The notes beneath the pieces are model-generated. The model was not told the origin of the DNA. It searched no databases and saw only the letters and a program-made list of their open reading frames with translations. From positions 4,320,001 to 4,384,000 of the forward strand of contig OY761158.1 of the NCBI GenBank assembly GCA_963664405.1: 64,000 bases of DNA. Direction: 5' to 3'. Origin of the DNA: Thermoanaerobaculia bacterium (GTDB taxonomy: Bacteria; Acidobacteriota; Thermoanaerobaculia; Multivoradales; Multivoraceae). The number at the start of each line of letters is the position of its first letter. Positions within the stretch are counted from its first letter, which is position 1. Shown here piece after piece: positions 1 through 9,366 of the stretch. The position numbers and the translations under genes were made by a program.

Positions 1-1
1 G

Positions 2-1288
2 CCGCGAGCTGCGGCCACGGCTGGCTGGCCGGGACAGGCGCCGGGCGGCGAGGCACTGCTCGAGGATGCGCTATGGCAAGAGCTGCTGACCCAGGGGCGG
101 CCTATTGAACGACAGGATGGGGTGTTCTCTGGGCGCCCGTTTCGCAGTCTGCTAGCGGTTCCGTTGCAGTATCGGTCCGTTTTTCAGGGCTACCTGGTCC
201 TGCTCGACAAGGAGACGCGAGGCGAGGCCAGCTCTGCCTTCACGGAAGAAGATCGGCGGTTCTTGGTCGCAGTCTCTGCCCTCTCCGGCGTCACTCTCGA
301 CGGCCTGCGCCAGCGGGCTTCTCTGCTTACCGAGAGCGAGCGTCTCTTGGAGGAGAACAAGGTTCTCCGTGGTCGCTTCGTCGAGGAGGTTGGTGGGAGG
401 CGTATCGTCGCTCACGCGCCGGCGATGCTCCGAGTGCTCGAGAAAGTCGAGCGGGTGGCCCCTCGAAACGTGAGCGTTGTGATCCGCGGCGAGAGCGGCA
501 CCGGTAAAGAGCTGGTGGCGAAGCTGATCCATCTACGCTCCCAGCGAAGCGGGCCGCTGGTCGCGGTGAACTGTGCCGCTCTGCCCGAGAGCCTGCTCGA
601 GAGTGAGCTCTTCGGTATCGAGGGAGGAGTCGCGACCGGTGTACGTGCGCGGGCGGGCAAGTTCGAGCTTGCCAACAAGGGAACTCTCTTTCTCGACGAG
701 ATCGGGGATATGGACCTGAATCTGCAGGTCAAGCTGCTCCGTGTGTTGCAGGAGCGAGAGGTGGTTCGGGTCGGGGGCAGTCAATCGATGGCGGTCGACG
801 TGCGCTTGCTTGCCGCGACTCATCGAGAGGTCGAGGCGTTGATTCAGGAGGGCTCCTTCCGTGAGGATCTCTACTATCGGATCAAGGGGGTGGACATCGA
901 GCTTCCGCCGCTGCGAGAGAGGCGAGAGGACATTCCCCACCTGGTCCGGCACTTTGCCGCCGAGTTCTGCGTCAGAGAGGGTATCGAGGTGCCTCCTTTC
1001 AGCCGCGAAGCACTCGGTCTCTTTCTCCGCCACGACTATCCTGGCAATGTGAGGGAGCTACAGAACCTGGTCGAGGGCGCGGTTTCCCTCGCAGATCCCG
1101 AGGTCGACGGCGAGCTGGTCCACTCTCTGATCGGGAGCGGTGGGCCCCAAGGGCCTGAGGCTCTCGACCTCGACACGGTTACCCAGATGCACATTCAGAA
1201 GGTGCTGCGGCTTTGCGGCGGCAACAAGAGTGCGGCTGCTCGGGTACTGGGCTGCGATCGTCGCACTCTCCTTCGCAAGGGATTCTGA
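2..1288 (+). CDS. GAF-domain sigma-54-dependent transcriptional activator (bEBP, Fis-type HTH); 5' end probably lies before the window
   Basis: Frame is open from base 2. Walker A GESGTGKE, Walker B LFLDEIGD, FREDLYYR, YPGNVREL and C-terminal HTH (GNKSAAARVLG). The GAFTGA loop is replaced by GVATGV. Confidence 0.9.
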   Translation, partial: PRAAATAGWPGQAPGGEALLEDALWQELLTQGRPIERQDGVFSGRPFRSLLAVPLQYRSVFQGYLVLLDKETRGEASSAFTEEDRRFLVAVSALSGVTLDGLRQRASLLTESERLLEENKVLRGRFVEEVGGRRIVAHAPAMLRVLEKVERVAPRNVSVVIRGESGTGKELVAKLIHLRSQRSGPLVAVNCAALPESLLESELFGIEGGVATGVRARAGKFELANKGTLFLDEIGDMDLNLQVKLLRVLQEREVVRVGGSQSMAVDVRLLAATHREVEALIQEGSFREDLYYRIKGVDIELPPLRERREDIPHLVRHFAAEFCVREGIEVPPFSREALGLFLRHDYPGNVRELQNLVEGAVSLADPEVDGELVHSLIGSGGPQGPEALDLDTVTQMHIQKVLRLCGGNKSAAARVLGCDRRTLLRKGF

Positions 1289-1301
1289 CCAGCCGGTCGG
1301 A

Positions 1302-1417
1302 TGCGACAATATGTCCTGTATGCGTCAATATACGACAGAAGGGCTCGGGGCGTGGCAGTAATTACTCTTTCCGAGTGTCCCTTTCTTAGGGATTGTCTGT
1401 GCCTGCGACATAATGTC
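1302..1417. promoter_or_regulatory. Putative enhancer (UAS) palindromes TGCGACA-N3-TGTC at 1302-1315 and 1404-1417
   Basis: Two near-identical dyads (GACAATATGTC, GACATAATGTC) 102 bp apart, upstream of a sigma-54 promoter and just after a bEBP gene. Confidence 0.6.
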
Positions 1418-1464
1418 ACGCGCGGGACGCGGTGGCTGCTCCAGGAGATTTGATTATTCCTCTG

Positions 1465-1477
1465 TAAGCTGTTTATT
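1465..1477. promoter_or_regulatory. Possible IHF site
   Basis: TAAGCTGTTTATT matches YAANNNNTTGATW with one mismatch, in an AT-rich patch between the UAS and the -24/-12 promoter. Confidence 0.4.
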
Positions 1478-1506
1478 TACAGTGGTTTGAGACGCTGTCT
1501 TCGGAG

Positions 1507-1522
1507 TGGCAGGGACCTTGCT
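1507..1522 (+). promoter_or_regulatory. Sigma-54 (-24/-12) promoter
   Basis: TGGCAG-GGACC-TTGCT fits TGGCAC-N5-TTGCW with correct GG/GC spacing. Confidence 0.75.
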
Positions 1523-1551
1523 ACCCCTTCCTTCTAGAGGAAAGGGGTCTC

Positions 1552-1707
1552 ATGTTAGAATCGATTCGAAAAATCGCAGCGTTCCCGCGGGTTCCTGTTC
1601 TGCCGTTGGCGTCGATCGGCGTCTTCGTTACTTTTTTTTGGCTCTTGGCTCAGAACGACATTCATCCCTTCGTGATCTACCTCGCCCAGTTGTATCTGAC
1701 CTTCTAG
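1552..1707 (+). CDS. Small hydrophobic protein, 51 aa (MLESIRKIAAFPRVPVLPLASIGVFVTFFWLLAQNDIHPFVIYLAQLYLTF)
   Basis: Read by hand (below the ORF-track cutoff). Purine-rich SD GAGGAAAGGGG precedes the ATG. It is the first ORF after the sigma-54 promoter and has a TM-like stretch. Confidence 0.65.
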   Translation: MLESIRKIAAFPRVPVLPLASIGVFVTFFWLLAQNDIHPFVIYLAQLYLTF

Positions 1708-1729
1708 GGTCTCCGTTTCGGTTCCTATC

Positions 1730-2158
1730 ATGGCAAAGTCCGCCGTTCTCAAGGAGGTCATCGTGACTCTCCCGATGACGCCGGAGATCGAGCGTGACGC
1801 GTGTGAGAAGGCTTCGGCGGTGGCGCGCTCGATGGGGATGAGTCAAGACAAGATCGACGAAGTCAAGATCGCGGTGATCGAGGCCTGTCTCAATGCACTC
1901 CAGCACAGCAAGGCCACGCTCCGCGAGTTCGAGCTGGAGCTGTCGATCCTCGGTGGTGCGGAGCCGGAGGCGCTCCAGATCGCGGTCCGGGATACTGGCG
2001 TAGGGTTCAGCCGAACCCAGCTGGAGGGGCGCAAGCCCGAGAAGCCAGGGCTTCGCAAGCGGGGGTGGGGATTGAAGATCATCGAAGGGCTGATGGACGA
2101 AGTGCACATAGAGTCTGGCGCATCCGGCACGACTGTCGTGATGCGCAAAACGCGCTGA
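1730..2158 (+). CDS. Anti-sigma factor / Ser kinase, RsbW/SpoIIAB-like (HATPase_c)
   Basis: AVIEACLNALQHS (N box), VRDTGVGF (G1), RGWGLKIIEGLMDEV (G2). Confidence 0.9.
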   Translation: MAKSAVLKEVIVTLPMTPEIERDACEKASAVARSMGMSQDKIDEVKIAVIEACLNALQHSKATLREFELELSILGGAEPEALQIAVRDTGVGFSRTQLEGRKPEKPGLRKRGWGLKIIEGLMDEVHIESGASGTTVVMRKTR

Positions 2159-2169
2159 AGGTGGGGTGG

Positions 2170-2526
2170 ATGACCGAGAGCATGAAGATCACCGTGGATC
2201 GTCGCGACGGAATCGCGTTGATCTATACGGATGGATACATCAACAACCAGGGTGGCGAAGAGATCGCTCGCGTTGCGTACGAGCTCATCGACGGCGGTTA
2301 CAAACGACTCCTGCTCAACCTGGAGAAGACCAAGATCGTCAACTCGATCGGGATCTCGATCCTGATCGAGATCATCGAGAAGATGATCGAGATCGACGGC
2401 CGACTGGCCTTTTGCAACCTCACGCCTACGATCGACAAGACTTTTCACATCATGGGCTTGGCGCAGTATTCGAGCATTTATCCCGACGAGGCGTCGGCGG
2501 TCGAACAGCAGAAGTCCGCGGAGTGA
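2170..2526 (+). CDS. STAS-domain anti-sigma factor antagonist, RsbV/SpoIIAA-like
   Basis: LLLNLEKTKIVNSIGISIL with the phospho-acceptor Ser; TFHIMGL. Start placed at ATG 2170. Confidence 0.9.
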   Translation: MTESMKITVDRRDGIALIYTDGYINNQGGEEIARVAYELIDGGYKRLLLNLEKTKIVNSIGISILIEIIEKMIEIDGRLAFCNLTPTIDKTFHIMGLAQYSSIYPDEASAVEQQKSAE

Positions 2527-2527
2527 G

Positions 2528-4090
2528 GTGTCTGCTCCCACCGTTACCCCTGATTGGCAGGAGATCCTAGGCGAGCTCGCCCGCGGCGAGGATGACAGCC
2601 TGCTCCGTCGTCTGCTGGCGATGTGGTGCCGGGAGCGCGATGTCGCCGCCGCCGCTCTCTACGTCGGCGAGACCTCCCCTCAGCACTTAGCCGCAAGCTT
2701 TGGCGGACGGAGCTTTCCCGCCAGGGCTGACGATGCGGATGCCTCCGAGCTTGCTCGCGTCGCACTGCCGAACGGCGTCATTCTCCACACGCCCGGGAGC
2801 GCCGTAGCTACTGGCGCGATCGATGCGCTGCTCGTCCAAGGGGCCGAGATTCGTCGTCTCCGTAGGCAAGTGCGCCACCAGCACTTCCAAAAGAACTACC
2901 GGCTGGTCGAGCTAGAGGCGGTTTACGAGGTCGGGCTAGCGATTGCTTCGACACTGAATCTGGACGACCTTTCGGAGGGCGTTCTGTTGCGTGCCGTCTC
3001 ACTGTCGGACGCTCGCCGCGGGGCACTCTACCTCCTGGAGGGTGATGAGCTTCGCTTGCAGGGCACGATCGGAGGGGATGCGCGAGAGCGGATCCCTCAG
3101 AGCGACCGCCAGGTTGCCCTGCTTCTCGCTGACGAAGCGGACCCGGACCAGGATGTGCTTCCTGGAGCGCGCCACATTCTGGCGGTGCCGATCGAGATCG
3201 ATGGCTTATCGCGAGGCTTGTTGGCGATCGGCGACAAAGAGAGTCGCACCGGAGTGGGACCCTTCCTCGAGGCGGATCGCCGCACCCTCGGACTGTTCGC
3301 AAATCAGGCCGCTATTGCTCTGGAGAACGCCCGCCTCCACCGCGAGGCACTGGAGAAAGAGCGGCTGGTGCGAGAAATGGAGCTCGCGTCGGAGATCCAG
3401 AAGAGACTTCTACCCAAGGACACGCCGCTGTTCGATCGCTTCGAGCTGGTGGGTTGGAATCGCCCCACCTGGCAGGTCGGAGGCGACTACTACGACTTCA
3501 TGCAACTCGCTGGCGGGCACCTCGGCCTGGTGGTGGCCGATGTCACGGGTAAGGGGTTGCCCGCCGCCCTCCTGGTTTCGACGCTGCACTCTGCGCTGAG
3601 GCTTCTCTTCGACGGCGCTGCGGTTGACGACGGGCTTCTCTCGAGGCTCAATGAGCACATCGTTCAGTCGTCGAGTCCGAACAAGTTCATCACTTTGATT
3701 CTCGCCGAGCTCGACCCGGAAACGGGTGTGCTGCATTCGCTCAACGCCGGGCACAACCCTGGGCTCCTCGTGGGTGCCAACGAGGAGATCTCAGAGCTCT
3801 CGGCGAGTGGTATGCCGCTGGGGTTACTGTCAGGGTCGAGCTACCGTTCCCAGGGACTCGAGATGACAAAGGGTGATTTACTGTGCCTCTATAGTGATGG
3901 AATTACCGAGTGTGTGTCGCCCAGCGATGAAGAGTATGGCCAGGAGCGTCTCGAAGAGCTCCTGCGCCGCGAGCGTGGGCGCCCGGTTTCAGAGATCCTT
4001 ACCTGCATCGAGACGGCGATGGGCGACTTCGCCGCCGGTTGCCCGCAGTCCGATGACCAGACCGTCGTACTGCTTCGTCAGACGAGTTGA
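2528..4090 (+). CDS. GAF + SpoIIE/PP2C protein phosphatase, RsbU-like
   Basis: [36 protein letters not shown]; upstream GAF domain. Confidence 0.92.
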   Translation: MSAPTVTPDWQEILGELARGEDDSLLRRLLAMWCRERDVAAAALYVGETSPQHLAASFGGRSFPARADDADASELARVALPNGVILHTPGSAVATGAIDALLVQGAEIRRLRRQVRHQHFQKNYRLVELEAVYEVGLAIASTLNLDDLSEGVLLRAVSLSDARRGALYLLEGDELRLQGTIGGDARERIPQSDRQVALLLADEADPDQDVLPGARHILAVPIEIDGLSRGLLAIGDKESRTGVGPFLEADRRTLGLFANQAAIALENARLHREALEKERLVREMELASEIQKRLLPKDTPLFDRFELVGWNRPTWQVGGDYYDFMQLAGGHLGLVVADVTGKGLPAALLVSTLHSALRLLFDGAAVDDGLLSRLNEHIVQSSSPNKFITLILAELDPETGVLHSLNAGHNPGLLVGANEEISELSASGMPLGLLSGSSYRSQGLEMTKGDLLCLYSDGITECVSPSDEEYGQERLEELLRRERGRPVSEILTCIETAMGDFAAGCPQSDDQTVVLLRQTS

Positions 4091-4854
4091 CGATGAGGCT
4101 CGCGGGGGTGGTCGGGGCGCGGGCGACCGGAGCCGCCTTGGTCTCTCTCAGTGCTTGTTTCATCCTTCTCGGAGCTCTTGTGGGGTTGCGTGAGGTGATC
4201 GGCAGCCAGGAAGGCGGAGGCTGGAGTGAGCGGCGCTCGGAAATGGTGGAAGAGCAGATTCGTGCCCGGGGTGTTTCCGATCTCGAGGTGCTTCGGGCGA
4301 TGGCGTCCGTGCCACGCCATCTCTTCGTTCCCGAAACGCTACAGGGGCGCTCGTACGAGGACTACCCGCTCCCCCTCGAGCACGATCAGACGATCTCTCA
4401 GCCCTATATCGTCGCTTTCATGACCGAGCTTCTCGAGCTCGAAGGCGACGAGAAGGTCCTCGAGATCGGCACCGGCTCGGGTTACCAAGCGGCGGTCCTA
4501 GCCGAGATTGCGGCGGAGATCTACAGCATCGAGATCGTAGAGCCTCTCGCGACCTCTGCACGGAAACGGTTGGCCGAGCTTGGCTACCGGAACATCGAGG
4601 TGAGAGCGGGTGACGGTTACGCGGGGTGGCCCGAAGAGGCGCCCTTCGATGCGATCATTCTGACCGCCGCCCCGCCCTCGATCCCGCAGCCGCTGATCGA
4701 TCAGTTGGCAATCGGTGGCAGGTTGATTGCACCGGTGGGGCGATCAGATCAAGAGCTCGTGTTGCTTCAAAAGACCGCAAATGGGGTCGAAAGGCGCAAG
4801 TCGATCCCGGTGCGCTTCGTACCCATGACCGGTACCGCGCAGGAGAAGCGATAA
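4087..4854 (+). CDS. pcm: Protein-L-isoaspartate O-methyltransferase with N-terminal hydrophobic segment
   Basis: [36 protein letters not shown]. Confidence 0.95.
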   Translation: MTMRLAGVVGARATGAALVSLSACFILLGALVGLREVIGSQEGGGWSERRSEMVEEQIRARGVSDLEVLRAMASVPRHLFVPETLQGRSYEDYPLPLEHDQTISQPYIVAFMTELLELEGDEKVLEIGTGSGYQAAVLAEIAAEIYSIEIVEPLATSARKRLAELGYRNIEVRAGDGYAGWPEEAPFDAIILTAAPPSIPQPLIDQLAIGGRLIAPVGRSDQELVLLQKTANGVERRKSIPVRFVPMTGTAQEKR

Positions 4855-4856
4855 CG

Positions 4857-5813
4857 ATGTCGGTTGCCGGCCGGGCAGCTGTCCTTGGCTTGGCGCTGGC
4901 CGTCGTTGGGTGTGTCGAGCCCACGCCGGAGGACTCGACTGAGGAGGGAGAGACGACGAAGGCACGCACCGATAGCCGCCTGGTCGTAGCCGTCGTCAAC
5001 CATCCCTTGGAGTATTTCGCCCAGCGAATCGGCGGCGACGCGGTCGAAGTTCTCTTCTCAGCGCCCGCTGGTGTTGATCCGGCTACTTGGTCGCCCGGCG
5101 CGGACATCGTCGGCGCCTACCAGCAGGCCGACCTCATCTTTCTCAATGGCATTGGCTATGCCGGTTGGGTAGAGAGGTCCTCTTTGCCGGCTTCGCGAAT
5201 CGTTGACACCTCGGCCGGGCTCGCCGACCGGCTGATTCCCATCGAAGGATCGGTGACCCATAGTCACGGTACAGAAGGGGAGCACTCTCATCCGAGTTTG
5301 GCTCCGACCGTCTGGTTGGATCCCGGGCTGGCGTCTGCCCAGGCGGCGGCGATCGCGGCGGCTCTCGCAGAGGCACATCCGGCGGTGGCCGACGAGTTTC
5401 AGCGGCGCTTTGGTGAGCTCGAGAGTGATTTGCGCTCCTTGGACGAACGACTGATGCTCGTAGCAGAAGGTATCGCAGAGGAGCCGGTGCTCTTCTCTCA
5501 GCCCGTGTACCAGTATCTGATCCGCCGCTACGGTCTACGCGCACGCGCCTTGGACTGGCAGTCTGACGAGGTCCCCGACGAGGTGGCGTGGAGACGCCTC
5601 GACCGACTTCTAGAAGAGCACCGGGCCGGCTGGATGGTCTGGGACTCGGAGCCCAGCGCTGTCGTTACCCGTGAGCTGTTGCAGCGAGGAGTCGAGAGCT
5701 TGGTTTTCGAGCTTGCCGCCAACCGCCCTTCGGAAGGCGATTTCTTGGCTCAGATGAGGGTCAACATTGCGCGTTTGGAGGCCGCCTTTTCTGCGTTGGA
5801 TTCCGCTCCTTGA
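4857..5813 (+). CDS. Metal ABC transporter substrate-binding lipoprotein (ZnuA/TroA-like)
   Basis: Lipobox-like LAVVGC, His-rich loop HSHGTEGEHSH, VWLDP motif. Start at ATG 4857. Confidence 0.85.
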   Translation: MSVAGRAAVLGLALAVVGCVEPTPEDSTEEGETTKARTDSRLVVAVVNHPLEYFAQRIGGDAVEVLFSAPAGVDPATWSPGADIVGAYQQADLIFLNGIGYAGWVERSSLPASRIVDTSAGLADRLIPIEGSVTHSHGTEGEHSHPSLAPTVWLDPGLASAQAAAIAAALAEAHPAVADEFQRRFGELESDLRSLDERLMLVAEGIAEEPVLFSQPVYQYLIRRYGLRARALDWQSDEVPDEVAWRRLDRLLEEHRAGWMVWDSEPSAVVTRELLQRGVESLVFELAANRPSEGDFLAQMRVNIARLEAAFSALDSAP

Positions 5814-5824
5814 GGCGGTACACT
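5796..5824 (+). promoter_or_regulatory. Sigma-70-type promoter of tRNA-Ala
   Basis: TTGGAT-N17-TACACT just upstream of the tRNA. Confidence 0.5.
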
Positions 5825-5839
5825 CCGCTTCCCGGGATT

Positions 5840-5915
5840 GGGGCAGTAGCTCAGTCGGGAGAGCGCCACGTTCGCAACGTGGAGGTCGTGGGTTCGATCC
5901 CCATCTGCTCCACCA
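5840..5915 (+). tRNA. tRNA-Ala(CGC)
   Basis: Cloverleaf GGGGCAG...CTGCTCC-A-CCA, G3:U70 pair, anticodon arm CCACG-TT-CGC-AA-CGTGG, TTCGA loop. Confidence 0.97.
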
Positions 5916-5995
5916 TTCCCTCGTTTCGCTCGGTCATGGCGGCGCCGATGCGACCTCGCTCAGGCCCGCCCGCGTGACCGCGGCCGGTCCTTGTC

Positions 5996-6990
5996 TTAGT
6001 GGTGACGCCCGCGGACGCCCGACTCCCAGCCTGACCACACACCGAAGGTGCGCATCTGCGCCTCGAGATCGGTGCTCTCGATCAGCCACTCGATCTCCTG
6101 GTGTGTCTGGCGGGGTAACCGATCCTCCGAGTTCGCGAAGCCCCATACCAGGGCTGCGGCGATCGCCGAGTTGAGCTTCAACTGCCGTTGATCGACCTTG
6201 TCGAAAGTGTCGGAGGCGGCGTGATAGTTGGAGGCGTAGTTGGCATCGGCCTGGATCGCGATCAGGTTCGGTACGCCTTCGATCATGAAGTCGCAGTTGT
6301 CGGTTCCGACCAGCGGAACATCGACCTGCTGGAACGGCCCAAGACGGGCCACGGGCAGCAAGTAACCGTCGACCATTTCCGGGAGAGAAGGCCTGCCGCC
6401 GGTATAAAAGCCGAGGATCCGACCTGTACCGATATCGAAGGACGCGGCCATGACGTGGTTGTCGAGCTCATCTTCATGCTGGTCGGTATAGCGCCACGAC
6501 CCCACCAACCCCTGCTCTTCGCCATTCCACAACGCGAAGCGGAGCGTCCGCTCGGGCTCGAGACCCAGGCGCGCAATCTGCCGTGCGATGTCGATCATCA
6601 TCGACACATTCGACCCGTTGTCCAGCGCGCCGGTGCCGAGGTCGTGGGTGTCGAGATGCGCGCCGATCAGAACGATCTCCTGCGGTCGGCTACTGCCGCG
6701 GATCTCGGCGATTACGTTCGCCGACTGGAAGTCATAAGCATCGTCGATGTCCAGCTCGGCCTCCAGGGTGAGCGCCTTGCCGTCTTCGAGGAGACGCAGC
6801 GCTCGGGTCGCGCTCTCGCGCTCCATGAGAACGACAGGTAGCTCGTTCTTGGCGGAGAGCATCGGCAGGCGGTAGAGCAGATTCTTCGGCCGCGACGACA
6901 TGAATACGACCCCGGTGCTGTGGGCATCGATTGCATGCGCCATCGTCATCTCGGTCTTGCCGTACTCGCCGAAGAGGCCGGCAAGGCCGT
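5996..6990 (-). pseudogene. M28-family peptidase, N-terminally truncated
   Basis: IGAHLD, GALDNG, WNGEEQGL and YHAASD metal motifs are present. The signal peptide and N-terminal part are missing, and the 5' end abuts a kinase remnant. Confidence 0.75.
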
Positions 6991-7265
6991 TGGGGCGATG
7001 CGTGCGAGCTCTGCGCTCCAATTGATCACCACCCGGATCTCCCGTGCCGAGTTGTTCGAGATCATCAGGAAGGAGCCGTCTGTGGCGATGTCATAGTTAC
7101 TCCGATCGACGCCCGACGAGGAGTAGTAGCCCTCGAAGAGCCGTCGGGGCGGGCCAGGGCGCAGCTTCTTGCCCGGCGTCATGGACACCGCCATCATCTC
7201 GGCTCCCCGACGAAAGAAGAGCTCGCGTCCGTCCCGAGACCACGAGGGCTCGGTTCCACTCTCGA
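6985..7265 (-). pseudogene. C-terminal remnant of a PD40/TolB-repeat protein (typical tail of Ser/Thr kinase-PD40 proteins)
   Basis: GTEPSWSRDGRELFFR...NYDIATDGSFLMI...IRVVINWSAELARIAP, with no upstream body. Confidence 0.65.
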
Positions 7266-7358
7266 GATACAGAATCCAGTGACTGGGAAAGAGATCGTTC
7301 GGATGCTGCACTGGCTTCGGGTGGGCTACCGTCCCGGCGGCAATCAGGAGGGCTGCCT

Positions 7359-8897
7359 CTACGGCAGCTTCGGCTCTAGGGGCTTGCCGGTCTCGTCGTT
7401 GGGGTAAACCGCGTCCTGGACTTCCAACCCCGTGATCAATCCCTGCATGAGGCGCCGGAGGACGGCCGGTTCGGACTCGGCGAGGTTGGTTTGCTCGAAA
7501 GGGTCACGAGCGAGGTTGAAGAGCTGGTAGTGGCCGCCTTCGATTTGGAAGTATCCGCCGTTGGCCGGGATCTCCGGTAGGAAGTGGTAGATCACTTTCC
7601 AATCCCCGTCGCGCCAGGTGGTGAAGTAGTTGCTCCGGTGCGGGCCGTGGGGGTAGTGCATCAGAAACTGTTCCGCGCGCGAGATGTCCGGATCTCCTGT
7701 CAGTAAGGTGTCGAGCCGCGATCCGTCGATTGCGTGGTTAGGCGGCACGGTGCCGCCGGCGAGCGCGAGGATGGTTGGAAATAGGTCATAGACCGCGGCC
7801 AACTGGCTTTGGATCTTGCCCGTGCCGATGGGGAGCCTCTTCTGGAAGGCGTTGTCCGGATCGGCCTCCGCCCAGGCGGCGATGAAGGGAACGCGCATGC
7901 CGCCTTCGTAATGGGTGCCTTTCTTTCCTCGCAGGGGCGCGGCGCAGGCGACTTCGTGCTGGTGACCGAGCGGCGCGTCGGAGCCGTTGTCGCCGAGGAA
8001 GAGAACCAGGGTGTTGTCCGCCACTCCGAGCTTCTCGAAGTGGTCGAGCATGTCGCCGAGCGACTTGTCCATGCCTTCGACCATGGTGGCGAAGGCCCGG
8101 GCCGCTTCCGGCTTTCCGGAATCGGTGTAATTGGCGGCGAAGCGCGGATCGGAGTGGAAGGGTGCGTGGACGGCGTAATGCGGAAAGTAGAGGTAGAAGG
8201 GCTCTCTGTCTTCGACGCTTTGTGTCACTTTCCTTTTTGCTTCGAGGGTGAGCGCTTCGGTGAGGAAGGTCTTGGTACCGTGATACTCCTCGAGGTTCGG
8301 GACGGCCCTGTTTTCGCGGTCGGTCCCGAGGCCGTAGTTGTCCTCGGCGTAGTAGCTGCCGGGCGCGCCGAAGGCACCGGCGGCGATTGCGACGTCGAAG
8401 CCGAGGTGCCCCGGGTCGGCGCCTTCGGTCTCTTCCGGACCGAAGTGGCCCTTGCCGACATGAATGGTGCGATATCCCTGTTGGCGAAGCAGACCTGGCA
8501 GAGTGACGTCGCCTTCCTCCAATCCCTCCCAGTTCCAATCGGACGGTCCGCGGGAACCGGCGTTATTGGTCCACGCATTGATCCAGTTGGTGGTGCGATG
8601 ACGAGCGGCATTCTGCCCGGTCATGATCGAGACTCGCGTCGGCGAGCACACGCTCATCGCGTAGAAGCTGTTGAAGCGGATTCCTCGTTCAGCGAGCCGC
8701 TCCATCGAGGGCGTTCGGTAGTAATTGTTGAGGGGATAGCGTTTCGGCTTTCCCGCCTCGTCGGTCAGAAAGGGCACCGAAGTATCCATGACGCCCATGT
8801 CGTCGACAAGAAAGAGCATGATGTTGGGTCGATCCGCGCCCACGACAGAAGCCGTGGAGAGAAAGGCGCAGGCGAGCAGTTGACAGAGGGACTTCAC
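7359..8897 (-). CDS. Sulfatase (formylglycine type), secreted
   Basis: Signal peptide, RPNIMLFLVDDMG, CSPTR motif, HVGKGH, GDNG. Confidence 0.95.
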   Translation of the reverse strand: MKSLCQLLACAFLSTASVVGADRPNIMLFLVDDMGVMDTSVPFLTDEAGKPKRYPLNNYYRTPSMERLAERGIRFNSFYAMSVCSPTRVSIMTGQNAARHRTTNWINAWTNNAGSRGPSDWNWEGLEEGDVTLPGLLRQQGYRTIHVGKGHFGPEETEGADPGHLGFDVAIAAGAFGAPGSYYAEDNYGLGTDRENRAVPNLEEYHGTKTFLTEALTLEAKRKVTQSVEDREPFYLYFPHYAVHAPFHSDPRFAANYTDSGKPEAARAFATMVEGMDKSLGDMLDHFEKLGVADNTLVLFLGDNGSDAPLGHQHEVACAAPLRGKKGTHYEGGMRVPFIAAWAEADPDNAFQKRLPIGTGKIQSQLAAVYDLFPTILALAGGTVPPNHAIDGSRLDTLLTGDPDISRAEQFLMHYPHGPHRSNYFTTWRDGDWKVIYHFLPEIPANGGYFQIEGGHYQLFNLARDPFEQTNLAESEPAVLRRLMQGLITGLEVQDAVYPNDETGKPLEPKLP

Positions 8898-9366
8898 AGC
8901 TCGTTGCAGGTTATCGGAAGATGACGCTGCGTTCGCGCGCGACTCGACTTGGTGCAGGGCTAATCGGAGGGTAGACAGAGAGTGAGAGCCGAAAACCGAG
9001 CTGCAAGGTTATCTCTGGTTTTCCGTCTTCTTATGGTAAGCGAAGACAAGCGCGCTGTCGGGTCGAGTACGTGAAGAACTCACCCGGTACTGAGTCGGTT
9101 CCTCCGACTCGGCTGCCGAGTTGGCCCTGCTTCCGGGCCAAGATCGTTTTCCGGAGTCCCGGTTGCCTCTCAGGCCACCGAGGTCGGTTGTCCATCCGGC
9201 CTCTGGGTCGCCGACACCGGTTCTTCGGCGTACCGATTCGCCCTGCGTCTTGCCGCTGAGGCCGCGGCCGGCGATTCTTGCCGATTAGCCCTGCACTCTT
9301 TCCCGAAGCGGCTACGATAGTGCTCGTCAGCGGCTTCGCACAAACAGACTGGGAGGATAAACCGAG

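Noticed and set aside
1353-1368. Second sigma-54 promoter candidate (TGGCAG...)
   Set aside because: It lacks the -12 TTGC element at the correct spacing.
7809-8924. Long antisense ORFs (here, and 14333-15319, 27446-28816, 59576-60949, 62033-63196)
   Set aside because: They are shadows of well-supported genes on the opposite strand, typical of high-GC codon usage.
8898-9366. Long intergenic region with short hairpins (e.g. GAGTCGG-TTCCT-CCGACTC)
   Set aside because: No recognisable RNA family or coding signal; such hairpins are expected in GC-rich DNA between divergent genes.
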